Below are positions 48,321-56,726 of a stretch of DNA of 64,000 nucleotides, one piece after another. Location: NCBI GenBank assembly GCA_041165705.1, contig JBEAMW010000062.1:1580-65579 (forward strand), written 5' to 3'. The stretch is from Pseudomonadota bacterium (GTDB lineage: Bacteria > Pseudomonadota > Gammaproteobacteria > Burkholderiales > Burkholderiaceae_A). The translations under genes were made by a program, and so were the position numbers. Position 1 is the first letter of the stretch; the number at the start of each line of letters is the position of its first letter. The notes beneath the pieces were generated by a model, which saw only the letters and a program-made list of their open reading frames with translations, had not been told where the DNA came from and ran no database searches.

Positions 48321-48348
48321 TTGTCGCATAAGGTTTATTATGTAAACT
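48321..48348 (+). other. Chromosome dimer resolution (dif) site for XerC/XerD
   Basis: TTGTCGCATAA-GGTTTA-TTATGTAAACT matches the 11-6-11 layout of E. coli dif (GGTGCGCATAA-TGTATA-TTATGTTAAAT). It is intergenic, between convergent genes. Confidence 0.85.
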
Positions 48349-48354
48349 AAAGGG

Positions 48355-48382
48355 TGTAAAACCAAGGGGGCCGAAGCCCCCT
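48355..48382 (-). terminator. Intrinsic terminator of bktB
   Basis: Minus strand reads AGGGGGC-TTCG-GCCCCCT then TGGTTTTAC; C(UUCG)G tetraloop. Confidence 0.72.
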
Positions 48383-48405
48383 CGGGTGATTAGGCTCAGA
48401 AAGCC

Positions 48406-49581
48406 CTAGACGCGCTCAAACACCACTGCAATGCCCTGCCCACCACCGATACACATCGTGGCCAGGCCATAGCGGCCACCGGTGCGGTGAAGTTCATGGA
48501 TGCACTTGGTGGCAATCACTGCGCCCGTGGCCCCAACGGGATGGCCCAAGGCAATGGCGCCGCCATTCACATTAACCTTTGCGGGATCAAACCCGAGCAC
48601 CTTGGTGACGGTGAGCGCCTGGGCTGCAAAGGCCTCATTCGACTCGATCACATCAATCTGGTCGAGCGTGATTCCGGCCTTCTGGAGCGCAATCTTGGTG
48701 GAGGGAATCGGGCCCTCGCCCATCACGTCATTGGGAACGCCGGCCACCGCATAGCCCCGGATCACCGCCAGGGGCTTGTGGCCAGCGGCAGCGGCGGCCT
48801 TGGCCTCGCCCAGAACCAGGAACGCAGCGGCGTCATTGATGCCGGAGGCATTGCCCGCAGTGACCGACCCGTCCTTTTTGAAGGCAGGCTTCATCTTGGC
48901 CAGTGCCTCCAGCGTGGTGGCGCGAGGATGCTCGTCGGTGTCGAACACGATGTCGCCCTTGCGGGAAGAGATGGTGATGGGAACGATCTGGTCCTTGAAT
49001 CTCCCCTCAGCAATCGCTCTGGCCGCACGGTTCTGAGACTCCAGGGCGAAGGCGTCCTGCTCTTCTCTGCTGATGTTGTGCTTGGTGGCGAGGTTTTCTG
49101 CGGTAATGCCCATATGGCCCACCCCGAATGGATCGGTTAGCGTGGCCACCATGGTGTCGATCATCTGGCTATCACCCATGCGGGCGCCCGATCGCATCGC
49201 AGGGCTCAGGTAGCCGCCGCGGCTCATCACCTCGACGCCACCGCCAATCCCATACTCGCAGTCATCCAGGAGGATGTTCTGGGCTGTGGACACGATCGCC
49301 TGGAGAGCCGAGCCGCAGAGCCGGTTGATGGTGAGGGCCACCGAGCTCATGGGCATGCCGCCCTGAATGCTCACCACGCGCCCAACATAGGGCGACCGCT
49401 TCTCTGTGGGGATGCAGTTTCCAACCACCGCATAGTTCACCTGATTGGGGTCTACGCCAGATCGGCCAATGGCCTCCTTCAGCACCATGCCCCCCAGTTC
49501 TGAGGGCTCAAGGCTCGACAGGCTTCCTGCAAAGCCACCAATGGCAGAACGGACTGCACTCAATACAACGACTTCACGCAT
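48406..49581 (-). CDS. bktB: Beta-ketothiolase BktB
   Basis: NRLCGS.LQA, MGITAEN, NEAFA, GHPVGATG and MCIGGGQG; BktB-type N-terminus REVVVLSAVR. Confidence 0.9.
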   Translation of the reverse strand: MREVVVLSAVRSAIGGFAGSLSSLEPSELGGMVLKEAIGRSGVDPNQVNYAVVGNCIPTEKRSPYVGRVVSIQGGMPMSSVALTINRLCGSALQAIVSTAQNILLDDCEYGIGGGVEVMSRGGYLSPAMRSGARMGDSQMIDTMVATLTDPFGVGHMGITAENLATKHNISREEQDAFALESQNRAARAIAEGRFKDQIVPITISSRKGDIVFDTDEHPRATTLEALAKMKPAFKKDGSVTAGNASGINDAAAFLVLGEAKAAAAAGHKPLAVIRGYAVAGVPNDVMGEGPIPSTKIALQKAGITLDQIDVIESNEAFAAQALTVTKVLGFDPAKVNVNGGAIALGHPVGATGAVIATKCIHELHRTGGRYGLATMCIGGGQGIAVVFERV

Positions 49582-49602
49582 GTTCAGATCTCCTCTTTCT
49601 GA

Positions 49603-50982
49603 TTAAGTAATACCGTCGCTCAGCTGTCCTCGGATGAAGATAGCCTCCAGGTCGTAGTCATCGCTTTCGACAATTTCGACCTCGCAAAACTGCCCTACTT
49701 CTGCGGTCACCGAGTGCCGTGAGTTGGGATCGGGGCGAACCCGCACAATGCCATCGACATCCGGCGCGTCGCCAACGGTTCGCCCGATCAGGCAGCCGTC
49801 GTCCAGGTCGAGTTCGTCAATCAGCACAGTGGTTCGGCGCCCCACCCATCGAGCGAGGCGCTTGGCCGAGATGTCCGCCTGGTGCTCCATGACACGGTCG
49901 GCCCGCTCCTGACGAAGCGCCTCGGGAAGCGCGCCCTCGAGCGCGTTGGCACTGGCTCCATCCACCGGGCTGTAGGCAAAACAGCCCAGACGATCGATCT
50001 CGGCCTCGGTGAGAAAGTCTAAAAGGGCTTGGAATTCGGCCTCGGTCTCGCCTGGAAAGCCGGCGATAAAGGTGCTGCGAAGCGTGAGATCGGGCACCGC
50101 CTTGCGCCAGCCCTGGATGCGTTCCAGGTTGCGCTCTCCTGAGGCGGGTCGTTTCATGCGCTTGAGCACATCCGGATGCGCGTGCTGAAAGGGGACATCG
50201 AGGTAGGGCAGGATGCGGCCCTCGGCCATGAGTTCAAGCACCTCATCGACATGGGGATAGGGGTAGACATAGTGCAGCCGCACCCACACGCCGAGCTGTC
50301 CCAGCTCTCGGCAGAGCTCGGTCATGCGTGTCTTCACGGGGCGGCCGTCGACAAAATCGGTTCGATACTTCAGGTCGACTCCATAGGCACTGGTGTCCTG
50401 GGAGATCACCAGAAGCTCTCGCACGCCTGCCTTCACGAGGGCCTCGGCCTCGCGCATCACCTCGCCGATCGGACGGGAGACGAGATCGCCCCGCATGCTT
50501 GGAATGATGCAGAAGCTACACCGATGGTTACAGCCCTCGGAGATCTTGAGATAGGCGTAGTGAGCTGGGGTGAGCCGGATACCCTGCTCGGGCACCAGAT
50601 CGGTGAAGGGATCGTGGGGCCTAGGCAGGTGGGTGTGAACCGCCTGCATCACCTCAGCAGTGGCATGCGGCCCCGTGACGGCCAACACCTTGGGATGCAC
50701 CTGGGTAATGAGGGAGGACCCGCCCTCCCCGGACTTGGCACCGAGGCAGCCCGTGACGATCACCTTGCCGTTCTCTTCAAGGGCCTCACCGATCGCATCC
50801 AGGCTCTCCTGAACCGCATCATCGATGAATCCACAGGTATTGACGACAACGAGATCGGCGCCCTCGTAGCTCTCGCTGATGCCGTAGCCCTCAGCCTTGA
50901 GCTGCGTGAGGATTCTCTCTGAGTCAACCAGCGCCTTTGGGCAGCCGAGGGAGACAAAACCGACCGTAGGCGTCTTCTGCAT
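49603..50982 (-). CDS. rimO: Ribosomal protein S12 methylthiotransferase
   Basis: [18 protein letters not shown], radical-SAM motif CNHRCSFC and a TRAM domain. Confidence 0.96.
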   Translation of the reverse strand: MQKTPTVGFVSLGCPKALVDSERILTQLKAEGYGISESYEGADLVVVNTCGFIDDAVQESLDAIGEALEENGKVIVTGCLGAKSGEGGSSLITQVHPKVLAVTGPHATAEVMQAVHTHLPRPHDPFTDLVPEQGIRLTPAHYAYLKISEGCNHRCSFCIIPSMRGDLVSRPIGEVMREAEALVKAGVRELLVISQDTSAYGVDLKYRTDFVDGRPVKTRMTELCRELGQLGVWVRLHYVYPYPHVDEVLELMAEGRILPYLDVPFQHAHPDVLKRMKRPASGERNLERIQGWRKAVPDLTLRSTFIAGFPGETEAEFQALLDFLTEAEIDRLGCFAYSPVDGASANALEGALPEALRQERADRVMEHQADISAKRLARWVGRRTTVLIDELDLDDGCLIGRTVGDAPDVDGIVRVRPDPNSRHSVTAEVGQFCEVEIVESDDYDLEAIFIRGQLSDGIT

Positions 50983-50991
50983 ACCGCCAGA

Positions 50992-51537
50992 TTATTCCTG
51001 ACCGGGCGGAAAACCAAATCGAGAGAGCATGGCCTTGGTGTTGTTCTGCATCTGGTCTTCCATCTGCATAAACACCTTCTTGCTCTGTTCGATGTAGTTG
51101 GTCATCAGGTTCTGCATGACGGGAGCCTGACTGGCCATGAACTGCGCCCAGGCCTCCTGTCCAGCAATCCCCTTGCCCGAGGTGAAGGCCTGGGACTGCT
51201 CCTGCATCTTGCTCTGAATCTCGGAGAACGCCTGAATGTTCTTCTCGAGGTAGCTTCCCATCATGCCCTGCATGGAGTTGCCATAGAAGCGTATGACATT
51301 GGCCAGCACCTGGGCGGAGAAGATGGGCGCGCCCGAGGACTCCTCCTCGAGGATGATCTGGAGCAGGATGCTGCGGGTGAGGTCGGTGCCTGCCTTGGCA
51401 TCCACCACTTGAAAGTCTTCATGCGAGAGAACCAGCTCTTTCACATCCGCCAGCGTGATGTAGGTGCTGGTGCGGGTGTCATAGAGCCGTCGATTGGGGT
51501 ACTTCTTGATGAGGCGCTGTTGTTCTTTGTTTGGCAT
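50992..51537 (-). CDS. phaR: Polyhydroxyalkanoate synthesis repressor PhaR
   Basis: IKKYPNRRLYDT, DLTRSILLQII and IRFYG. Confidence 0.95.
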   Translation of the reverse strand: MPNKEQQRLIKKYPNRRLYDTRTSTYITLADVKELVLSHEDFQVVDAKAGTDLTRSILLQIILEEESSGAPIFSAQVLANVIRFYGNSMQGMMGSYLEKNIQAFSEIQSKMQEQSQAFTSGKGIAGQEAWAQFMASQAPVMQNLMTNYIEQSKKVFMQMEDQMQNNTKAMLSRFGFPPGQE

Positions 51538-51566
51538 TCGTATCCCCTCGGATTCAGACCACGGAC

Positions 51567-51593
51567 GAAGGTGGGGGCCTCGCCCCCTCCTCC
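51567..51593. terminator. GC hairpin between phaB and phaR
   Basis: Minus strand GGAGGAGGGGGC-GAG-GCCCCCACCTTC with no U-tract; could be a weak terminator or an mRNA stabiliser. Confidence 0.4.
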
Positions 51594-51601
51594 ATCGCCG
51601 A

Positions 51602-52339
51602 TTAACTCATATGGAGGCCACCGTTGAGCGAGAAGTCTGCACCGGTTGCAAATCCACTCTCATCGCCCGCCAGCCAGGTGACGATCGAGCCAATCTCCTC
51701 GGGCTCTCCCAGTCGGCGAACGGGAATGGTGCTCACAATCTTCTCCAGAACCTCAGGCTTGATGGCCCGCACCATGTCCGTGCCGATGTAGCCGGGAGAT
51801 ACGGTGTTCACTGTAACGCCCTTGGCCGCGAGCTCCTGGGCAAGCGCCATGGTGAAGCCGTGAATGCCAGCCTTCGCAGTGGAGTAGTTGGTCTGGCCAA
51901 ACTGGCCCTTCTGGCCATTGACGGACGAGATGTTGATGATCCGGCCAAAGCCCTTGGCCACCATCCCCTCCACCACTTGTTTGGTGACATTAAAGAGGCT
52001 GTTGAGGTTGGTGTCGATCACCGCATCCCACTGCTCACGGGTCATCTTGAGAAACACGCCATCTTTGGTGATGCCTGCGTTGTTGACCAGTACGTCGGGG
52101 TTGCCGTGCTCTGCCTTCACCTTGTCAAAGGCCTCCACGGTGGAATTCCAGTCGCCCACATTGCCCACTGAGGCGTAGAAGGTGTAGCCATCGGCCTTCT
52201 GTTCGGCCAGCCACTTGTCAAAGTCGCGGCTCGGGCCACAGCCCGCAATCACCTTAAAGCCTCCATCGTGAAGCTTGCGGCAGATTGAGGTTCCGATGCC
52301 TCCCATTCCACCTGTAACGTATGCCAAACGTGCTGCCAT
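51602..52339 (-). CDS. phaB: Acetoacetyl-CoA reductase
   Basis: TGGMGGIG, NNAGIT.D, SSVNGQKGQFGQTNY..AK and NGGLHM. Confidence 0.96.
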   Translation of the reverse strand: MAARLAYVTGGMGGIGTSICRKLHDGGFKVIAGCGPSRDFDKWLAEQKADGYTFYASVGNVGDWNSTVEAFDKVKAEHGNPDVLVNNAGITKDGVFLKMTREQWDAVIDTNLNSLFNVTKQVVEGMVAKGFGRIINISSVNGQKGQFGQTNYSTAKAGIHGFTMALAQELAAKGVTVNTVSPGYIGTDMVRAIKPEVLEKIVSTIPVRRLGEPEEIGSIVTWLAGDESGFATGADFSLNGGLHMS

Positions 52340-52380
52340 GTTGCCTCTCCTTGTTGTATTGAATATGGGTTTGGTTGACT

Positions 52381-53967
52381 CTAGACGGTGCGCTCTTTTA
52401 CATAGCGACCCGGTGCGGGTTCGATGGGCTTGAATCGCCCCCTGCTCTTGGGCTTGGGGGCAGCGACCAAGGGGCCCTGGTGCTGGCGAATCCAGGTGGA
52501 CCAGTCATTCCACCAGCTTCCCGCGTGCTCCTCCGCCTTGCCGAACCAGTCCTCTGCATCGGCCCCGGGTCGAGCGTTGGTCCAGTAGGAACGCTTGTTT
52601 TTGGAAGCGGGATTTATCGCGCCGGCAATGTGCCCGCTGGCTCCCAGCACGAAGCGGGCCTTACCACCCAGGTGACGAACTCCCTCCCAGGCCGACTGCC
52701 AGGGCACGATGTGGTCCTCTCGCGCACCAAAGGCATAGACCGGCTGCTTCACCTGACGCAGGTCGAGCGACTCACCGGCCACCGTGAGCTTTCCGGGCTT
52801 CACGAGATTGTTCTCGAGGTAGGTGTTTCGAAGATACCAGGCATAGAAGGGGCCAGGCAGGTTGGTGCTGTCTGCATTCCAGTACAGGATGTCGAAGGCG
52901 GGGGGCGTCTCGCCCTTCAGATAGTTCTTCACCACATATGGCCAGACGAGGTCGTTGGGGCGAAGGAAAGAAAAGGTGGCAGCGAGTTCTTTTCCAGGAA
53001 GAAGGCCGCCCTCGCCTAGGGTCTGCTCGCGCATGGAGACATGCTGTTCATCGATGAAGACATCGAGTACGCCGGTCTCGCTGAAGTCGATGAGCGTGGT
53101 CATCAGGGTAAGGCTGTGAACCTTGTCCGACTCATCACGGGCTGCGAGGACACCGAGCGATGTGGTGCAGAGGGTGCCCCCTACGCAGAACCCGAGCAGG
53201 TTGATGGTAGGCCTTCCGCTAGCCTCTAGCACCATGTCAATGGCATGAACCACGCCGTCCTGGATGTAGTTGTCCCAGCTCACCGCACGTTCGGACTCCC
53301 CTGGATTCTTCCAGGAGACCAGGTAGACATCCTGCCCCTGGTCGAGTGCGAACTCCACCAGAGAGGCCCCTGGCTGGAGGTCCATGATGTAGAACTTGTT
53401 GATGCAGGGAGGCACCATGAGCAGGGGCCGGGTGCCCACCTTCTCGGTGCGAGGCCTGTAGTGGATGAGCTGAAAGAGAGGGCACTCGTAGATTACATCG
53501 CCAGGGGTGAGCGCGAGGTTCTCGCCCACTACAAAACCGGACTCATCGGACTGCGTAATACGCCCCCGACTCAGATCGTGCAGGAGATTGTCCATCCCCT
53601 GTCGAAGGCTCTCGCCCTTGGACTCCAGCAGCTTCTGCTGCGCATCCGGGTTGGTGGCCAGAAAGTTTGCGGGCGAGACCGCATCGACCAGCTGCTCCAC
53701 CATGAATTCCACTCGTTGCTGGGTTTTGTGATCGAGCGTGAGTGCACTCGCCATCTCGTGCATCGCCTTGCTGTTGAGCACATAGAGGGCTGCGATCTGG
53801 GCAAATGGACCGCTCTGCACCCAGGAATCGGAACTGAATCGACGGTCAGCCTTCACCAGTCGCGTCGCCTCTTCAGGTGAACTCAGCAGACGAGTGAGGC
53901 CTTCAACATAGTGCTTCTGAATCTCGGCGAGACGGTCGGCGGGGATCTGAATGGGGGACTGACTCAC
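52381..53967 (-). CDS. phaC: Class I PHA synthase
   Basis: PP.INKFYI.DL, lipase box GFCVGG, LYWN.D, DHIVPW, SGHIAG and PAPG.YV. Confidence 0.95.
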   Translation of the reverse strand: MSQSPIQIPADRLAEIQKHYVEGLTRLLSSPEEATRLVKADRRFSSDSWVQSGPFAQIAALYVLNSKAMHEMASALTLDHKTQQRVEFMVEQLVDAVSPANFLATNPDAQQKLLESKGESLRQGMDNLLHDLSRGRITQSDESGFVVGENLALTPGDVIYECPLFQLIHYRPRTEKVGTRPLLMVPPCINKFYIMDLQPGASLVEFALDQGQDVYLVSWKNPGESERAVSWDNYIQDGVVHAIDMVLEASGRPTINLLGFCVGGTLCTTSLGVLAARDESDKVHSLTLMTTLIDFSETGVLDVFIDEQHVSMREQTLGEGGLLPGKELAATFSFLRPNDLVWPYVVKNYLKGETPPAFDILYWNADSTNLPGPFYAWYLRNTYLENNLVKPGKLTVAGESLDLRQVKQPVYAFGAREDHIVPWQSAWEGVRHLGGKARFVLGASGHIAGAINPASKNKRSYWTNARPGADAEDWFGKAEEHAGSWWNDWSTWIRQHQGPLVAAPKPKSRGRFKPIEPAPGRYVKERTV

Positions 53968-54039
53968 GCGTTGCTCCTCTGGGGTGCCCTCTTCTCGCGG
54001 GGCTTTTCAGGCGCGATCAAACCACTTGGCGCTGTGGGC

Positions 54040-54068
54040 ATTCTTGATCTTGCTCAAGCCAATGTCAA
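54040..54068 (-). promoter_or_regulatory. Sigma70 promoter of phaC with an overlapping FNR-like box
   Basis: TTGACA (54063-54068)-17 nt-AAGAAT (54040-54045) on the minus strand; TTGAT-CTTG-CTCAA at 54044-54057. Confidence 0.6.
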
Positions 54069-54093
54069 ATCAAATCCCCGGAGAGGCCCGTAT

Positions 54094-54867
54094 TTAAAGG
54101 CTTTCTCTCCAAATCAAGGCCGCCATGCGGCCTGTGACGCCCTCTCTTCGATACGAAAACCAGTTCCTGGTATCTGAAAATGTGCACCCCCCCGGGGGTG
54201 CAGCCCATTGAATGGGGCAGTTCTTACGGGCAGACCACCTCATCATTGCAGCCATGGCAAGGCCCTGGAGGTCGGCGTGCCAGCGATCTTCTCGCCTTGG
54301 GCTTGGGCCAAAGTGTCTTGCGTTCACGCCAGTCCATCCACCAAAGGCGTCGACAACCTCTTGACCAATCTCGAAATGCTCAGGACCAATGCAGGGACCG
54401 AGCCAGGCGGTCACGCTGGGCGGCCCATCGCCTGCACTTGCCTGTTCAAGAAGGGCATCCAGGCTCGCCTCCAGCACGCCAGCCGCCAGGCCTCTCCAGC
54501 CCGCGTGCGCTGCAGCCACCGCCCTTCCATCTCCGAGTGACATGAGCACCGGCAGGCAGTCGGCCACCATCACGGCACAGGCCACGCCGGGCTGATGGGT
54601 GACACAGGCATCTCCGTCTTGGGGGGCTGGGGCTGGCAGATGAACCACCTGACGCCCGTGCACCTGATTCAGCCAATGGGGCTGCGCGCCTATCGATTGG
54701 GCGAGCGCCGCCCGACGCTCCTCCACGCGCTGAGGGTCGTCCCCAGTATGGGCCGCGAGGTTAAAGCCATAGCGATTTTGGGCGGGCCCTCGTGACGTGA
54801 TTACGGCTCGGATCCCGGATGGAAAGCCGGGCACCTCTTCCACGGGGAGACTGGATGCAAACGACAT
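54094..54867 (-). CDS. pgeF: Peptidoglycan editing factor PgeF (YfiH)
   Basis: NL..H.GD, QVHG, ADCLPV, AHAGWRG, GPCIG and FSYRR..TGRM. Confidence 0.93.
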   Translation of the reverse strand: MSFASSLPVEEVPGFPSGIRAVITSRGPAQNRYGFNLAAHTGDDPQRVEERRAALAQSIGAQPHWLNQVHGRQVVHLPAPAPQDGDACVTHQPGVACAVMVADCLPVLMSLGDGRAVAAAHAGWRGLAAGVLEASLDALLEQASAGDGPPSVTAWLGPCIGPEHFEIGQEVVDAFGGWTGVNARHFGPSPRREDRWHADLQGLAMAAMMRWSARKNCPIQWAAPPGGCTFSDTRNWFSYRREGVTGRMAALIWRESL

Positions 54868-55856
54868 CAAGGACTCCCCGCCAGAGGAAGCCCTGCACGA
54901 TGAAACAGATCGGCCAGGTCTTGGGGATGAGCCGAGTGCCACTGGCTAGGCTCCTGACTCCCAGGGTGAATCAGGCCGAGGGAATGGGCATGTAAGGCCT
55001 GGCGTTCAAATCCAATCGCCTTCCCCGGCAGACTCGCCTTCCGGGCATACACCGGGTCGCCGACCAGGGGAAATCCCAGGTGTTGCAGGTGAACTCGGAT
55101 CTGATGGGTGCGCCCTGTCTCGAGCCGGCAGTCCACCAGTGAGACGGGCTTACCCTGCAGGACACCCTGCGCAAGTGGCTGGACATGGGTGATGGCAGGT
55201 TTTCCACCCTGCTCAAGAACGGCCTGACGCTGCCGGTCCCGTGGGTCTCGGCCCAGCGCAGCCTCTATGGTCTTGGCCCGAACGAGGCTGCCCCAGCAGA
55301 CGGCCCAGTAACGGCGAGAGACAGTCCGGGCCTGGAGCTGACGAACCAGCTCGGTCTGGCTCTCGGGGGTCTTGGCAACCACCATCAGCCCCGTGGTGTC
55401 ACGGTCTAGTCGATGGACGATGCCGGCCCTTGGTAGGTCTCGGAGCTGGGCGAGATGCGCGAGAAGCCCATTGAGCAGAGTGCCCTGGGGGTGGCCTGCT
55501 GCCGGGTGAACCACCAGGCCCGAGGGCTTATCGATTACGAGTAGCTCGCTATCCTCGTGCACGATGGAGAGCTTCATCGGCTCAGCCAGCCAGTCGCCCT
55601 GGGGCTCGGGCTCTGGCATCTGCACCCAGACCGCCTGTCCGGGCCGAACGGACTGACTGGGACGGACGACGCGATCGTCCAGCCGCACCAGTCCGAGCTC
55701 AATCCAGCGCTGCAGCCGAGCACGGGACTGCTCGGGCAGCCTCAGCGCCAGAATGCGGTCGAGGCGTTGGCCGGCCTCTGCCTCCTCGACCCGAAAGACC
55801 TGGGGCTCGCTATAATCGGCGCTCTCTTCAGCGGGATAGTCTTCATGATGCGTCAT
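54867..55856 (-). CDS. rluD: 23S rRNA pseudouridine synthase RluD
   Basis: S4 domain, KP.GLVVHP, HRLDRDTTG, TGRTHQIRVH and RQALHA. Confidence 0.93.
   Translation of the reverse strand: MTHHEDYPAEESADYSEPQVFRVEEAEAGQRLDRILALRLPEQSRARLQRWIELGLVRLDDRVVRPSQSVRPGQAVWVQMPEPEPQGDWLAEPMKLSIVHEDSELLVIDKPSGLVVHPAAGHPQGTLLNGLLAHLAQLRDLPRAGIVHRLDRDTTGLMVVAKTPESQTELVRQLQARTVSRRYWAVCWGSLVRAKTIEAALGRDPRDRQRQAVLEQGGKPAITHVQPLAQGVLQGKPVSLVDCRLETGRTHQIRVHLQHLGFPLVGDPVYARKASLPGKAIGFERQALHAHSLGLIHPGSQEPSQWHSAHPQDLADLFHRAGLPLAGSP
55811..55816 (+). promoter_or_regulatory. Putative bamD -10 box inside the rluD coding sequence
   Basis: Perfect TATAAT about 30 nt upstream of the bamD ATG, in GC-rich surroundings. 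Confidence 0.5.
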
Positions 55857-56726
55857 CACGGTTGGACCCTCGGCTCCTCTCAGCGTGCATTGTCTCTGGT
55901 TTTCGCGGCCTTCATGAGCGCCCTGTTGCTCGGCTGTGCCTCCGGCCCCGAGAGCAAGGACGAGACCCTCCGGTGGAGCCCGGAGCGCCTCTATCAGGAG
56001 TCCAAAGACGAGATGAACTCGGGCAACTATGCCCAGTCGATCGCCCTGCTCCGCAAGCTCGAATCTCGTTATCCCTTTGGCCGTTTCGCACAGCAGGCGC
56101 AGCTCGACACCGCCTATGCCTACTGGAAAGAGGGCGACCTTGCCCAGGCGCTCTCTTCGATTGAGCGGTTTATGCGGCTAAACCCCAACCATCCCAGCAT
56201 CGACTACGCGCTCTACCTCAAGGGCCTCATCAACTTCAACGACCGGGCCACGCTCTTCTCCTCAGTCACAGGCGAGGATATGTCCGAGCGCGATCCCAAG
56301 GCGGGCAAGGAGGCCTTCGATGCCTTTAAGCAGCTCGTCACGCGTTTCCCCGAGAGCCGATATGCCCCCGACGCGGCGGCTCGGCTTCAGTTTCTGATTA
56401 ACACCCTTGCGCAGGGCGAGGTTCACACGGCGCGGTTTTATCTCCGCCGGGGTGCCTACATGGCTGCTGCTAATCGTGCTCAGGCGGTGATTCGCACCTA
56501 CCAAGACTCTCCTGCGGTGGAGGAGGCACTGGCCCAGATGATCTTTAGTTATGACAAGCTGGGGCTCGATCAGCTCAGAGACGATGCCCGCCGCGTGCTT
56601 GAGCGCACGGTACCCAACAGCCCCTACCTCAAGCACGGCTACAACCCCACGCTCATCACAGGCCTGGCCCGTGAGCACCAGCCCAATCGTGGGCCTAGCC
56701 TCTGGTCAAGACTGAAGGTCTGGTAA
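55845..56726 (+). CDS. bamD: Outer membrane protein assembly lipoprotein BamD
   Basis: Lipobox LLGC, LESRYPFG, DYA.YLKGL, RDP, FP.S.Y..DA and AA.NR; divergent from rluD. Confidence 0.94.
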   Translation: MMRHHGWTLGSSQRALSLVFAAFMSALLLGCASGPESKDETLRWSPERLYQESKDEMNSGNYAQSIALLRKLESRYPFGRFAQQAQLDTAYAYWKEGDLAQALSSIERFMRLNPNHPSIDYALYLKGLINFNDRATLFSSVTGEDMSERDPKAGKEAFDAFKQLVTRFPESRYAPDAAARLQFLINTLAQGEVHTARFYLRRGAYMAAANRAQAVIRTYQDSPAVEEALAQMIFSYDKLGLDQLRDDARRVLERTVPNSPYLKHGYNPTLITGLAREHQPNRGPSLWSRLKVW

